A DNA stretch of 64,000 bases from an uncultured Phycisphaerales bacterium (GCA_963844715.1 CAWJPJ010000006.1:160001-224000), one strand, 5' to 3'; positions 1-8,724 are shown, numbered from the stretch's first letter. Notes: generated by a model not told the origin, from the sequence alone. Numbers and translations are program-made.

Positions 1-897
1 CAAATTCTGTTTGCCGTCCCTGTATCGCGTAATGACATGCTCATCCCCTGGCGCCGCCGCCTCGAACGCCTCCATTAGCGGCCCCCGCAGCTCAGGAAAT
101 AGCGGAATATACCGGCTCGCCCGGCCTTCGATATGCTCGGTCTTAGGCGATGGCACGCGGATGCGATTTCGATCCCACTCTACATCAGCCCAAGTCAACG
201 CCAATGTTTCAGACGGGCAGCGAACGCCTCCATAGCGGCTCAGCGCTACGATCACCCGCCACTGGCAGTCTGGGCATGCCTCAATTACCGCGTCCGCCAT
301 TTTGCGAGTCACAAAAAACTGCCTGGCTGGATTGCTGCGAACGTTGGATTCAAGGCCTGTAAACGGATTCTCGCGGATCATCCGCTTACGGACCGCGAAT
401 CGAAAGAATTGTTTCGCCCGACCGCAGAGCCGGCGCGCCGTATTCACGGATAATTTGCCCAAGAGATATCGGCGATATTCCTCCGCATCGCCTTCTGTAA
501 TGTCGCCCAACGGCTTGTTCTCGCCGAAGAATGCGACAAGATTCCGGCGCACCTGTCCCAAACCGATCCGCGTGTTCGGCTTAATGTCGGATCGCCCTGC
601 GATATATGCGTCAATAAACGCGCCGAGTGCCAAGGCGCCCGAAGATTTCCGCGGCTTCGTTAATCCGACAGCCGCAAGCCGCGCGTGCATCAGGTCATCC
701 AGTCCGGCCAGCCACCGCGAAACCTCATCGTCAATTGAGCCGGTGATTCCCTGTGCAATCAGCGATTCCACCTTGACTTTGAACGACTCGGCCTGGCGCT
801 GGGACACCTTGCCCAGCCGAATCGTCTTGCGCGTGCCGTCGCCGGCAATGAAAAGGATTCGCCGCCTGCCATTTCCATCTGAACCGATGCTTGCCAT
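1..897 (-). CDS. Tyrosine recombinase/phage-type integrase (3' end runs off the window)
   Basis: Manual minus-strand translation from ATG 897 (absent from the ORF track because no stop lies in the window): MASIGSDGNGRRRILF...TIRLGK...NTARRLCGRAKQFF...IRENPF...ALSRYGGVRCPSETLALTWADV...PSPKTEH. SAM-like domain plus catalytic R and K motifs. Confidence 0.9.
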   Translation of the reverse strand, partial: MASIGSDGNGRRRILFIAGDGTRKTIRLGKVSQRQAESFKVKVESLIAQGITGSIDDEVSRWLAGLDDLMHARLAAVGLTKPRKSSGALALGAFIDAYIAGRSDIKPNTRIGLGQVRRNLVAFFGENKPLGDITEGDAEEYRRYLLGKLSVNTARRLCGRAKQFFRFAVRKRMIRENPFTGLESNVRSNPARQFFVTRKMADAVIEACPDCQWRVIVALSRYGGVRCPSETLALTWADVEWDRNRIRVPSPKTEHIEGRASRYIPLFPELRGPLMEAFEAAAPGDEHVITRYRDGKQNL

Positions 898-913
898 AAC
901 TCACCTGTCTCTT

Positions 914-1183
914 TCAATTGCTCGAAGTATCGCGCACTGTTGATACCGTTCCGTTCTTCCCGCGTCCATCCAAATCATCGCTCTGACGATTTTCATGTTG
1001 CGCGATGACGGTGCGAAGCGTTTCCATTGAATATCGAACCGATTTGCCAAGCCGGACGCACGGAACAACTCCTTCACGTGTGAGTGTCCATAAAGTTCGT
1101 GAAGAGATCGACAGCAGCTTGGCCGCTTCATCCGGCTTGATCAGCAGTGACGGCGGAGATGACGTGTGAGACACCATGGGCAT
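914..1183 (-). CDS. Excisionase-like helix-turn-helix protein (HTH_17 type)
   Basis: LLIKPDEAAKLLSISSRTLWTLTREGVVPCVRLGKSVRY, directly upstream of the integrase. Start codon uncertain (1177/1183/1189). Confidence 0.85.
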   Translation of the reverse strand: MPMVSHTSSPPSLLIKPDEAAKLLSISSRTLWTLTREGVVPCVRLGKSVRYSMETLRTVIAQHENRQSDDLDGRGKNGTVSTVRDTSSN

Positions 1184-1307
1184 AACCATCGCCTGTTCGG
1201 CGAATGTTATAGTCGATATAAAAAAAGTCAACTGGTAAGTTATGCTGGACAGCGAATCGAGAATCCGCTGCCTTTGTCGTTATGGCCCTCTGCGGTAAAA
1301 TGGTCGT

Positions 1308-1559
1308 ATGCCAAGCCCAAAATCATCAGTCAGGTCAGCCAAGAGTCCCGAGAAGCCCAAGACGATCCAGCGGACCTACCGCTTTGACACAAAGTTGTTT
1401 GAAGCTTTCGAGGACGACTGCGCCACTCATCTCGCCAACCCCAAGCGCGTCATTGAAGCGCTAATCCTGTATTGGCTGGACGCCGACGCCGACGAACGCG
1501 CGGCGATGGCCCACAAACATCGGGAACGGATTGGCTCTGGATCGCGGGAAGAAGATTAA
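1308..1559 (+). CDS. Small putative ribbon-helix-helix-like regulator, divergent from xis/int
   Basis: 83 aa. KTIQRTYRFD strand followed by two helices. TAAAAT at 1296-1301, 6 nt before the ATG. Confidence 0.5.
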   Translation: MPSPKSSVRSAKSPEKPKTIQRTYRFDTKLFEAFEDDCATHLANPKRVIEALILYWLDADADERAAMAHKHRERIGSGSREED

Positions 1560-1757
1560 TTTTTCGGCGGCACAGACTTTTCCGCACCCACCTCATGGCG
1601 GACGGCTTCACGCGGACGGGGCGGCGGTCAATCTGGATCGCCCGGAGGGATTTTCCCGCGCAGCGGGAGGGAGATTGACGGCCGCCCGGGCCGCGTACAA
1701 TCGAGCCACGAGGTGGGGGCGGGATTTCGGACTTCGGTTCAGGAATTTACTACAGGT

Positions 1758-2753
1758 TCACGCTGCTCCGCCCATCAAGCGATCCAACGGACTGGTCACC
1801 GCAATCGCCGGTTTATTCATCACGTGCGTATAGATCATCGTCGTCTCCAGGCGCTGATGGCCCAGAAGTGTTTGTACTTGTCTGATGTCATAGCCGGATT
1901 CCAGCAAATGGGTGGCAAAACTGTGCCGAAACGTGTGCGGCGTCACTCGCTTGCCAATTTGCGCTCGGATCGTCGCTTGTTTGACCGTTCGGGACAGGAC
2001 GCCGGGGTGCGCGTGCCAGCGATACCCTTTGCCCGATTCGTCCCTTCGCAACGTGATGCTCGGAAACAAGAATTGCCATCGCCAGTCGTCCTCAGCATAG
2101 GGGCATTTGTTCTGTAAGACAGCCGGCAACGGCACGTATCCACCGCCGTGGGCCAGGTCGCGCTCGTGTCGCCGGCGCGCCCGCCGTGCCTGTTCCACCA
2201 GCCGGCTTCGCAGCGACAGTGGCAACATGACGATCCGGTCTTTATCCCCTTTGCCCGAGTGAATCAAAATCTGCTGCCGATCAAAATCCACGTCGCGCAA
2301 GCGCAACGTGCAGCATTCCATCACGCGCAGCCCCGTGCCATACATCAATTCCACCATCAGCCGATGCATCGACTGGGGCCGCATGATTTCAATGAGTTGC
2401 TGCACTTCATGCTGGCTTAACACCGCCGGAAGCCGCACCGGCCGGCGCGAACGCTCGGCGGCGAACCGCCCCAGGTGATCCGGCTCCACTTCATCCGCCA
2501 ACACTTGCTTATACAGAAACACAATCGCGTTAACCGCCTGGTTCTGACTGGACGCGCTCAATTGCCGGTCGCGTGCCAGCGCGGTCAAAAATGCTTCCAC
2601 CTCCACCGTCCCCAGCTCCGCCGGATGTCGCCAATGACCTTCCCGGCAATGATACGCCAAAAACTCACGTACCCACCGGCGATAACATTCGATGGTAGAG
2701 GCGGCCAAATGCTTGCGAGTTCCCACGTCGCTTACCCGATCCAAAAGCTTCAT
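1758..2753 (-). CDS. intI: Integron integrase
   Basis: Tyrosine recombinase motifs (YGTGLRVME, GKGDKDR, HTFRHSFATHLL, LGH..LETTMIYTHV) plus the IntI-specific insertion (GGGYVPLP...K.P....WRWQFLFP). Divergent from an attC array. Confidence 0.97.
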   Translation of the reverse strand: MKLLDRVSDVGTRKHLAASTIECYRRWVREFLAYHCREGHWRHPAELGTVEVEAFLTALARDRQLSASSQNQAVNAIVFLYKQVLADEVEPDHLGRFAAERSRRPVRLPAVLSQHEVQQLIEIMRPQSMHRLMVELMYGTGLRVMECCTLRLRDVDFDRQQILIHSGKGDKDRIVMLPLSLRSRLVEQARRARRRHERDLAHGGGYVPLPAVLQNKCPYAEDDWRWQFLFPSITLRRDESGKGYRWHAHPGVLSRTVKQATIRAQIGKRVTPHTFRHSFATHLLESGYDIRQVQTLLGHQRLETTMIYTHVMNKPAIAVTSPLDRLMGGAA

Positions 2754-2763
2754 ATATTGTCCT

Positions 2764-2834
2764 AACCTAGCGCAAGAAACCGTGGTGTCAATATTTCCGA
2801 GGTTTGTTGACAGGCGTGAAACAATTGGCAAAAT
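2764..2834. promoter_or_regulatory. Back-to-back putative PintI and Pc promoters
   Basis: Minus strand TTGACA (2791-2786)-N16-TAGGTT (2769-2764) facing intI. Plus strand TTGACA (2807-2812)-N16-CAAAAT (2829-2834) with a TG extension, facing the cassettes. Confidence 0.55.
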
Positions 2835-2874
2835 CAGACAAGCGTGGATGGCTGCAAAGAGTGTTCTTTGTACC

Positions 2875-2900
2875 ATTGCGCGAGAGAATCATAGTTATAC
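2875..2900 (+). other. attI site (core G/TTATAC at 2894-2900)
   Basis: GTTATAC is the exact reverse complement of the R'' of the first attC (GTATAAC, 3173-3179), as expected for a cassette inserted at attI. Left boundary approximate. Confidence 0.8.
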
Positions 2901-2910
2901 GGCAGAAAAC

Positions 2911-3162
2911 ATGACGCCCGCCGACGAAGGAGAAATGCACCGTCTCTGCAAGTTGCTCGGCACCGTCGACAAGACGCTGCCGACCTCTTCACCGCTCCGA
3001 GAGGCGCTCGAGAAGGCTGCCTTCGCCATCCAGGCCTCATTCATTCATGGCCATAGGAATTGGGTGGAAAGCATGTACACTGCGCTGCACGACCCGAATA
3101 CGGAACTGTCAGCTGAGCATCGGGCACATCTCGTTAGCCTCGGTATCGACCCCGACGCGTGA
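2911..3162 (+). CDS. Cassette 1 hypothetical protein (83 aa)
   Basis: Single ORF filling the interval between attI and attC1. Confidence 0.75.
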   Translation: MTPADEGEMHRLCKLLGTVDKTLPTSSPLREALEKAAFAIQASFIHGHRNWVESMYTALHDPNTELSAEHRAHLVSLGIDPDA

Positions 3163-3172
3163 CGCGGCTGCC

Positions 3173-3282
3173 GTATAACCAGCCGCTGCTGTGGACCGGC
3201 CCGCGTCGCGGCGGTATGCTCTTCTAGTCCTTGTGCCTGCACGCGCGTCGCGTTGCCGGCCACAGAGCGTCGTCCGTTATCC
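3173..3282 (+). repeat. attC1
   Basis: GTATAAC-CAGCC-GCT[G]CTGT-GG[A]CCGGC...GCCGGCC-ACAGAGC-GTCGTCC-GTTATCC: imperfect hairpin with two extrahelical bases. Confidence 0.92.
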
Positions 3283-3294
3283 GCCGCAGCAACC

Positions 3295-3630
3295 GTGGCA
3301 ACAATCGTCATCCAACTCGATCCAGCGCTCCTCGCGAATCCGGATGCCGACATTCGCTACAAGCTTCCCGACCTCCTCGCGCAACGGTCGGCGAACCGGG
3401 TTTCTAGCGACGGATACGATTACGTCGGCGAGCGAAATCTGCTCCATTTGTTTCTCGGAACCGACAACGCTGAACGCGATCTGCCTGGCATTATCGAGGT
3501 GCTCAAGTCTGAACGGCTTCTAGGCAATGATCTTTCGCAGGTTCCGATCGCTTTCGAAGATGGCGATGCCCTTCGTGTAGTCTATCCGCCCGGTTTCACA
3601 GGCGTCTTCGAGCAGTCGGGCGGCGGATAA
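3295..3630 (+). CDS. Cassette 2 hypothetical protein, possibly immunity-type
   Basis: GTG start, 111 aa, stop inside the attC2 R''. NPDADIRY.LP...DGYDY motif. Confidence 0.7.
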   Translation: MATIVIQLDPALLANPDADIRYKLPDLLAQRSANRVSSDGYDYVGERNLLHLFLGTDNAERDLPGIIEVLKSERLLGNDLSQVPIAFEDGDALRVVYPPGFTGVFEQSGGG

Positions 3631-3733
3631 CCAGCCGTTGCTGTGGACGGGCCCGCGTCGCGAATATATTCTCTTTTAATCTGGCGGTTGTCAGCGCGTC
3701 GCGTTGCCCGCCACAGAACGTCATCCGTTATCC
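3625..3733 (+). repeat. attC2
   Basis: GGATAAC...GTTATCC, same arm architecture as attC1. Confidence 0.92.
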
Positions 3734-3737
3734 GCCC

Positions 3738-4034
3738 ATGACGCAGTCTGACTACTTAAGCATGCCGCAGAACCAGCCCCACCTACGGGTAATGGCCGTT
3801 CTCCGTCGCTGGGATCCGATCGGTGTTATCTCCGACGCGAACCAGGACGAATACGACAGCTATTCAGTAGAAATAGTTCACATGCTTGATCGCGGTGCGT
3901 CGGTGGATGACATTGTTGCATACATGAAGCGGGCGGTAACCGATCACATGGGCATGAGTTTTTTCGACGAGCCGCACAGCCGCGATTGCGCGGAAGAGTT
4001 GGTCAACTACTGGCGGTCCCTAAAGGGCGGATAA
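3738..4034 (+). CDS. Cassette 3 protein, DUF1871-like
   Basis: LRRWDPIGV...DEYDSY motif. Stop inside the attC3 R''. Confidence 0.65.
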   Translation: MTQSDYLSMPQNQPHLRVMAVLRRWDPIGVISDANQDEYDSYSVEIVHMLDRGASVDDIVAYMKRAVTDHMGMSFFDEPHSRDCAEELVNYWRSLKGG

Positions 4035-4138
4035 CCAGCCGTTGCTGTGGACGGGCCCGCGTCGCGTCGATAGTCTTTCTTTCATCTGGCGGTTGTCAGC
4101 GCGTCGCGTTGCCCGCCACAGAACGTCATCCGTTATGC
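4029..4138 (+). repeat. attC3
   Basis: GGATAAC...GTTATGC. Arms nearly identical to attC2. Confidence 0.92.
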
Positions 4139-4141
4139 AAC

Positions 4142-4405
4142 ATGACACGCACCTCGGACGAACTTGAGTTCTACTACAACGGAGAGCCGGTGGGCTACTT
4201 CCAGGAAAACGCTTTTCCGTCGGGTCCATGCCGAGCGAGGTATATGCCCTATCGCGGTTCGGGCCATTATCACATGTCCACAGATCTGCGGTCCGGGATC
4301 AAACCACGGTGTACCAGCCCCACGTTCTCATTTTCCGTGTTGGCTTGTCCAGAGTATGGCGTGTTAGAACTCGCTGACTTCACAGCGGTCGGGAATGTTG
4401 CATAA
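4142..4405 (+). CDS. Cassette 4 hypothetical protein (87 aa)
   Basis: ATG 3 nt after the attC3 core; stop in the attC4 R''. Confidence 0.7.
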   Translation: MTRTSDELEFYYNGEPVGYFQENAFPSGPCRARYMPYRGSGHYHMSTDLRSGIKPRCTSPTFSFSVLACPEYGVLELADFTAVGNVA

Positions 4406-4509
4406 CCAGCCAATGCTGTGGACGGCCCCGCGTCGCGTCGAAAGTTTGTCTTTGGTATAGTGTTCCTCGGCGCGTCGCGTTGGCCGCCACAGATTGTCAT
4501 CCGTTATTC
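4400..4509 (+). repeat. attC4
   Basis: GCATAAC...GTTATTC. Nearly identical to attC6. Confidence 0.92.
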
Positions 4510-4531
4510 GGCCTTAAGAATCGGAGCACCG

Positions 4532-4702
4532 GTGAGCGCTTCTCGAAAAAAACTTTGCGTTCTGGCGGCATGTTCATTCGCTGTCGTCGGCGCCATCGAG
4601 TTAGTTCGAAGCCAGTTGGTTGGCGGCTTGTGTACCCTCTTGCTTGCGTTAGTTTTTCTTTTGCTCGTATATACGCCGGGGCAACACGATCAGGCCGAAT
4701 AA
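4532..4702 (+). CDS. Cassette 5 small two-TM membrane protein (56 aa)
   Basis: GGAG RBS then GTG; two hydrophobic segments; stop in the attC5 R''. Confidence 0.65.
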   Translation: MSASRKKLCVLAACSFAVVGAIELVRSQLVGGLCTLLLALVFLLLVYTPGQHDQAE

Positions 4703-4806
4703 CCAGCCGCTGCTGTGGACCGGCCCGCGTCGCGTCTGTATGCTGTTCTACTCCTGGGCCCGCCGCGCGCGTCGCGTTGCCGGCCACAGAGCGTCGTCCG
4801 TTATGC
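4697..4806 (+). repeat. attC5
   Basis: GAATAAC...GTTATGC. Arms match attC1. Confidence 0.92.
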
Positions 4807-5246
4807 CTCGCATCACCGACACCCTCGCACGGGCGGGCAGCGATTGGAAGGCGTTCGAGGCCCCGCTTGACGCCGACGTGATCGCGGAGGCGCTCGTCCT
4901 TATCGCCCGACCGCTCCCCACCGGCCTGATCGAGCTCTATCACAGCTGCAACGGAGGCGAGGGATCGCTGCCGGTTCAGCCGCTGAACTTCGTCCTCTGG
5001 AACCTCGAATTGGTCGTCCAGACCCGCGAGGATCAGCACTACCGCAAGTATTACGACCAATTTGTCTTCTTCGGCACCAACGGTGGCGGCGAGTATTTTG
5101 GAGTTGACCCGCCAGGGCGCGTCTTCTTCATGGATCCGGTAGCGGGCGAGGAAAGTATTGCCATTGTGGCGGCGACGTTCGATGAGTTCGCGGCGCTCGT
5201 CGGCACTCCCCCGCCGGAAGAGTTTCCGCCGCCCGGCGAGGCATAA
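4803..5246 (+). CDS. Cassette 6 SMI1/KNR4 (SUKH) family immunity-type protein
   Basis: LP..LIELY..CNGGEG and FFGTNGGGEYFG motifs, and TFDEF near the C-terminus. ATG lies inside the attC5 core. Confidence 0.85.
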   Translation: MPRITDTLARAGSDWKAFEAPLDADVIAEALVLIARPLPTGLIELYHSCNGGEGSLPVQPLNFVLWNLELVVQTREDQHYRKYYDQFVFFGTNGGGEYFGVDPPGRVFFMDPVAGEESIAIVAATFDEFAALVGTPPPEEFPPPGEA

Positions 5247-5350
5247 CCAGCCAATGCTGTGGACGGCCCCGCGTCGCGTTGAAAACTTGTCTTTGGTATA
5301 GTGTTCCTCGGCGCGTCGCGTTGGCCGCCACAGATTGTCATCCGTTATGC
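5241..5350 (+). repeat. attC6
   Basis: GCATAAC...GTTATGC. Nearly identical to attC4. Confidence 0.92.
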
Positions 5351-5427
5351 GGCGCGAGGCCACCAACATGCGAATCGTTCAGAAAGCGGCGTTTCTCGCG
5401 GCGATCTGCTGGATGACGGCCACCTTT

Positions 5428-6240
5428 TCAAACCACAACGGTCACACGTAAGAAAGTGGCGGGAATGATCGTGGCGTTCTTATTCGGGCTCTTGTTGTGC
5501 TGCTCGAACAGAGTCTCCAATTCCTTTTGGAGATCGGCCGCTCGACCTTTCTGGCCGGCCGCATCGAATGCATTCATGGTCGGTCCGTAGTATTTTCGGA
5601 AATCATCAACATACGCGGCCGGACTGCTGGCAGAATTGAATGTAAAGGTGTCCCGGACGCACGAAACCTTTTCTTTGGGAACTCCCGCAGCTGCGAATCG
5701 CTCCACGACATGGCTCTCAACGCCCCAGGTCATGGGGCTGACGAAGCCTTCCGGCGGCGGCGGGATGTAGGCGGAACTGATCCTCAAAATCTGCGACACC
5801 AGCGTTGGATCGTTCGGAATCCAATTTCCCATGACAATTCGCCCCCCGGGACGCGTCACTCGCACCATTTCCCTTGTCACATCAAACGGTTTGGGCGCAA
5901 ACATCGCTCCAAAAATGCTGACGACGAGGTCAAAGGAATGATCCTTCAACTCGTGTAAATGGGTTGCATCCCCTTCTTGAAACCGGCAGTTGGCCAGACC
6001 GTGCTTCTTGGCGCGCTGGTTTCCAGCCGCGACGAGATTGCTGGCAATGTCAACGCCCAACACGTCTGCACCGAGCTTTGCCTCCGGCAAAGCGGTCGTT
6101 CCGTCGCCGCATCCGAGATCCAGAACCTTGAGCCCTTTTACGATTCCCAGCTGCTGGACAAAGGCTTCGCCGCTTTCCCTCATGCTCTGGGCAATGCGCG
6201 TAAAGTCGCCTTTTTCCCAAAGTGCTTTATTTGGATTCAT
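5428..6240 (-). CDS. Class I SAM-dependent methyltransferase
   Basis: VLDLGCGDG motif I, GVDI, EGDA, SFDLVVSIFGAMF. Confidence 0.9.
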   Translation of the reverse strand: MNPNKALWEKGDFTRIAQSMRESGEAFVQQLGIVKGLKVLDLGCGDGTTALPEAKLGADVLGVDIASNLVAAGNQRAKKHGLANCRFQEGDATHLHELKDHSFDLVVSIFGAMFAPKPFDVTREMVRVTRPGGRIVMGNWIPNDPTLVSQILRISSAYIPPPPEGFVSPMTWGVESHVVERFAAAGVPKEKVSCVRDTFTFNSASSPAAYVDDFRKYYGPTMNAFDAAGQKGRAADLQKELETLFEQHNKSPNKNATIIPATFLRVTVVV

Positions 6241-6312
6241 AGAAGCCGTTACCTTTGCTTTTGGCTCGGAACGAATGGAACGTTATTGAAGATCATAATC
6301 ATTGCCTTGCAA

Positions 6313-6828
6313 TTATCTATCAGACAGGCTGGTAGGATCAATTGCCGGGGCCTCTACCGTCGAATGCCTTCGCACTGAAGCACCATCGTACTGCGATTTT
6401 CCGGGTGGTTTAGGCGATTCCTGCGTCGGCGCCGGGTCCATTACGGATCGCCGGTTACGGCGATTGGTCGCCAGCGCATCCAGGAAAATTTCAAATCGGT
6501 TGGCGGCGCTGGCCCACGCTGCATCCTTGTGTTCCGGCCTGACCGCCGGCGTGTGGCGAAGGAACGTGCGCACAAACATCGCCAACATCTCCCGGACCAG
6601 CTCATGCTGTGTCTGTTGATCCTCGTGCATCTTCACCAGCCGATTGAAGCAGCGATCCATGGCTTTGAGCAATGTTTGCTCCTGCTTCTCCCGGTATTCA
6701 GACATCAGCGCTTGGCGGGCCGCATCCACAACGACTGAGCCAAGGGACGATCTGGTTAGCGAAGCCTGCACCTTGATGACCTTGAGCAACTCGTCGTCTA
6801 GCCGGATTGTGAGGGGATACTTGTCCAT
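6313..6828 (-). CDS. CopG/RHH-family protein of the Tn4371-like conjugation module
   Basis: MDKYPLTIRLDDELL N-terminal RHH; C-terminal 'EMLAMFVRTFL..TP.V......A...A..RF..F' typical of this family. ATG overlaps the relaxase stop. Confidence 0.75.
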   Translation of the reverse strand: MDKYPLTIRLDDELLKVIKVQASLTRSSLGSVVVDAARQALMSEYREKQEQTLLKAMDRCFNRLVKMHEDQQTQHELVREMLAMFVRTFLRHTPAVRPEHKDAAWASAANRFEIFLDALATNRRNRRSVMDPAPTQESPKPPGKSQYDGASVRRHSTVEAPAIDPTSLSDR

Positions 6829-8369
6829 CAAAGTTCCTGGCCCATGTCCAAATCGCGACCCTGTTCCAACGTGACATTGTTCACGTCCGTCATTCCGGCT
6901 AGCCGCCTCCCGGTCTGCTTGCTTGCCCATGAACTTCTCGAAGTCGGCAACATCAACTTCATAGTCGCCGCCCTCGGCATGGGTGATTCCGGTGCCGGGC
7001 TTGCTGGGCCCATGACTCAACCAAACGCTCGGCCTTGTCCGCCATGTCGCGCGCCCGATCCGATGTCACGTCATCGCCGGCGCGGTCGAGCAGGTTGTCG
7101 AGATGCCTGGTCGGGGAGTAAATCCCGTCGTTGGCTTTGGCCTGCTCGACGATCTCCTGCGCAATCTCCCGGCGCTCCTGCGCCGCTCGGCCAAGCTCCG
7201 CCACGTTCCCGATGCTCAAGGATTGATACGCCTCGCCGTCCTGGACGCGCGCATAGCGCATCGCTCCGGCCTCCTCCCGGATGACAACAAAGCGCCGGTC
7301 GGTGATCTCATCGATCCGCCCCAAGGCGACCACTTCACCAGATACGGCCTGGGTAATCGGCTCCCTCGACACATACATGGACTGGTTCCCCAGGTGTCCG
7401 TATAGCTGCTTAATGATGTCATGGTGCGCGCCAAGGTCCATCAACTGCTGCTTGAAGTCGGGTTCAAGCTGCCACTTGGTTCCCTGAATCTTCTCGGCCA
7501 GTTCCATGCTTTCCAGCCATTGCAGGCGCGCAATCACCAGCGGCCTGTCGGACCTTCTCCAGCCGATCTGGACATCAGGCGACACGTCGATGACGTGCTT
7601 CTCGTCCATGTTGCGCTCGATGGTCCGGTCCAATGATGTGAACCGCTCCGCCTGCACTTCCTTCTCTCGGGCCTGCTCCATCTCCCTTTCTGTGCGCTCC
7701 CCAAGCAGGTCGGTTGCCGCCTCGGACGCCCTTTGCCGGATGCCGTAACCGATGTATTCCCGGCGCAGGATCAGGTCTTGACCCTGTTCGTCCTTGCCCC
7801 GGAACAGGATGTGCGCGTGCGGATTGTCGGTGTTGTGGTGCTCAATCGCGATCCAGTCTAGCTTAGTGCCGACATCGCGCTCGATGCGCTGCATCACGTC
7901 ACGCACATAGGCGCGCATGTCGGCGATCTCATACCCCTTCTCCGGCGACAGGATGAGTCGGAAGTGGTGCCGATCCTCCTCCCATTCCCGTGTCACGGAT
8001 CGACCATCCAACTTGTCTTGCTGTGCATCGAAGAACGTGCCGCGCTCCCCATCCTTGCTGGCGCTGTCGCGGGCAAGGTAGCCCGTATGGCGCGCAAGCC
8101 CGCTGCCAGACCTGCGCGAATGGAAGCGGGATAGCATCTTGACCGTCGCCCGTTGTGCGCGGATTGCTGCCGAAAGGCATGGTCCCGCGCCCCTGAACCC
8201 GCCTCGGCGCGCGCCATCTGCGCATCTTGGTGCGCCAGAACCCTCGCCCGAGCCGCATAGCGATCTCCCCGTTGACGCTCCGCTCGCGCCCTCTGCGCCC
8301 GCCTGTGCGCCCGATACGATCCGAATCAACGCCGTCTCTTGAATTCGACCGACTTACACGTTTTGCCAT
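6828..8369 (-). CDS. VirD2/MOBP-type relaxase (RlxS/DUF3363-like), with frameshifts
   Basis: RHTGYLARD (catalytic Tyr), DRHHFRLILSPE, HHNTDNPHAH (HUH), REYIGYGIR.RA, ERFTSLD. Indels near 8157 and 6900-6995. Confidence 0.85.
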
Positions 8370-8442
8370 GACACCGCTCCCGAAGTTGAAAGCCAGCAAT
8401 CACTTACGCCTCCAACGCTGACAAACCCACTTGCCAAAATGC

Positions 8443-8510
8443 GGGTGATTCGCCAGAAGTGGTTGTAATTGCTACAGATACGAAACACCTGAATCACCCC
8501 TTTATCTTGC
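8443..8510. other. Candidate oriT
   Basis: 9-bp inverted repeat GGGTGATTC (8443-8451)/GAATCACCC (8491-8499), followed by TATCTTGC, which resembles the MOBP nick consensus YATCCTG/Y. Directly upstream of the relaxase. Confidence 0.55.
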
Positions 8511-8724
8511 ATTCCACTTTCAATATATAAATCTTACCGTTCAAACCCATTGCTATGCTCAAAGGCGATTATACCTAACGGGAGCCTAACGTCAAGTGGG
8601 GGGGAATTCATGGTGACATTGACGTCACAAATCGGCATGAACAGACAAGTTTTGGTCGTTGATGAAGAGCTAAGCGTTGGCTGAACTGCTTTGACGATAT
8701 GCCTGCATTGAGGTCGTGGCGGAC

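Noticed and set aside
302..943. 213-aa plus-strand ORF
   Set aside because: Antisense shadow of the integrase.
1675..1701. Promoter TTGACG...TACAAT antisense to intI
   Set aside because: Spacer is only 15 nt and no downstream product is evident.
3173..5350. CRISPR array
   Set aside because: Repeats are about 110-nt imperfect hairpins separated by whole ORFs next to intI, so they are attC sites. No cas genes are present.
4497..5369. 290-aa minus-strand ORF across the cassettes
   Set aside because: Crosses attC sites antisense to coherent cassette genes and has no recognisable motifs.
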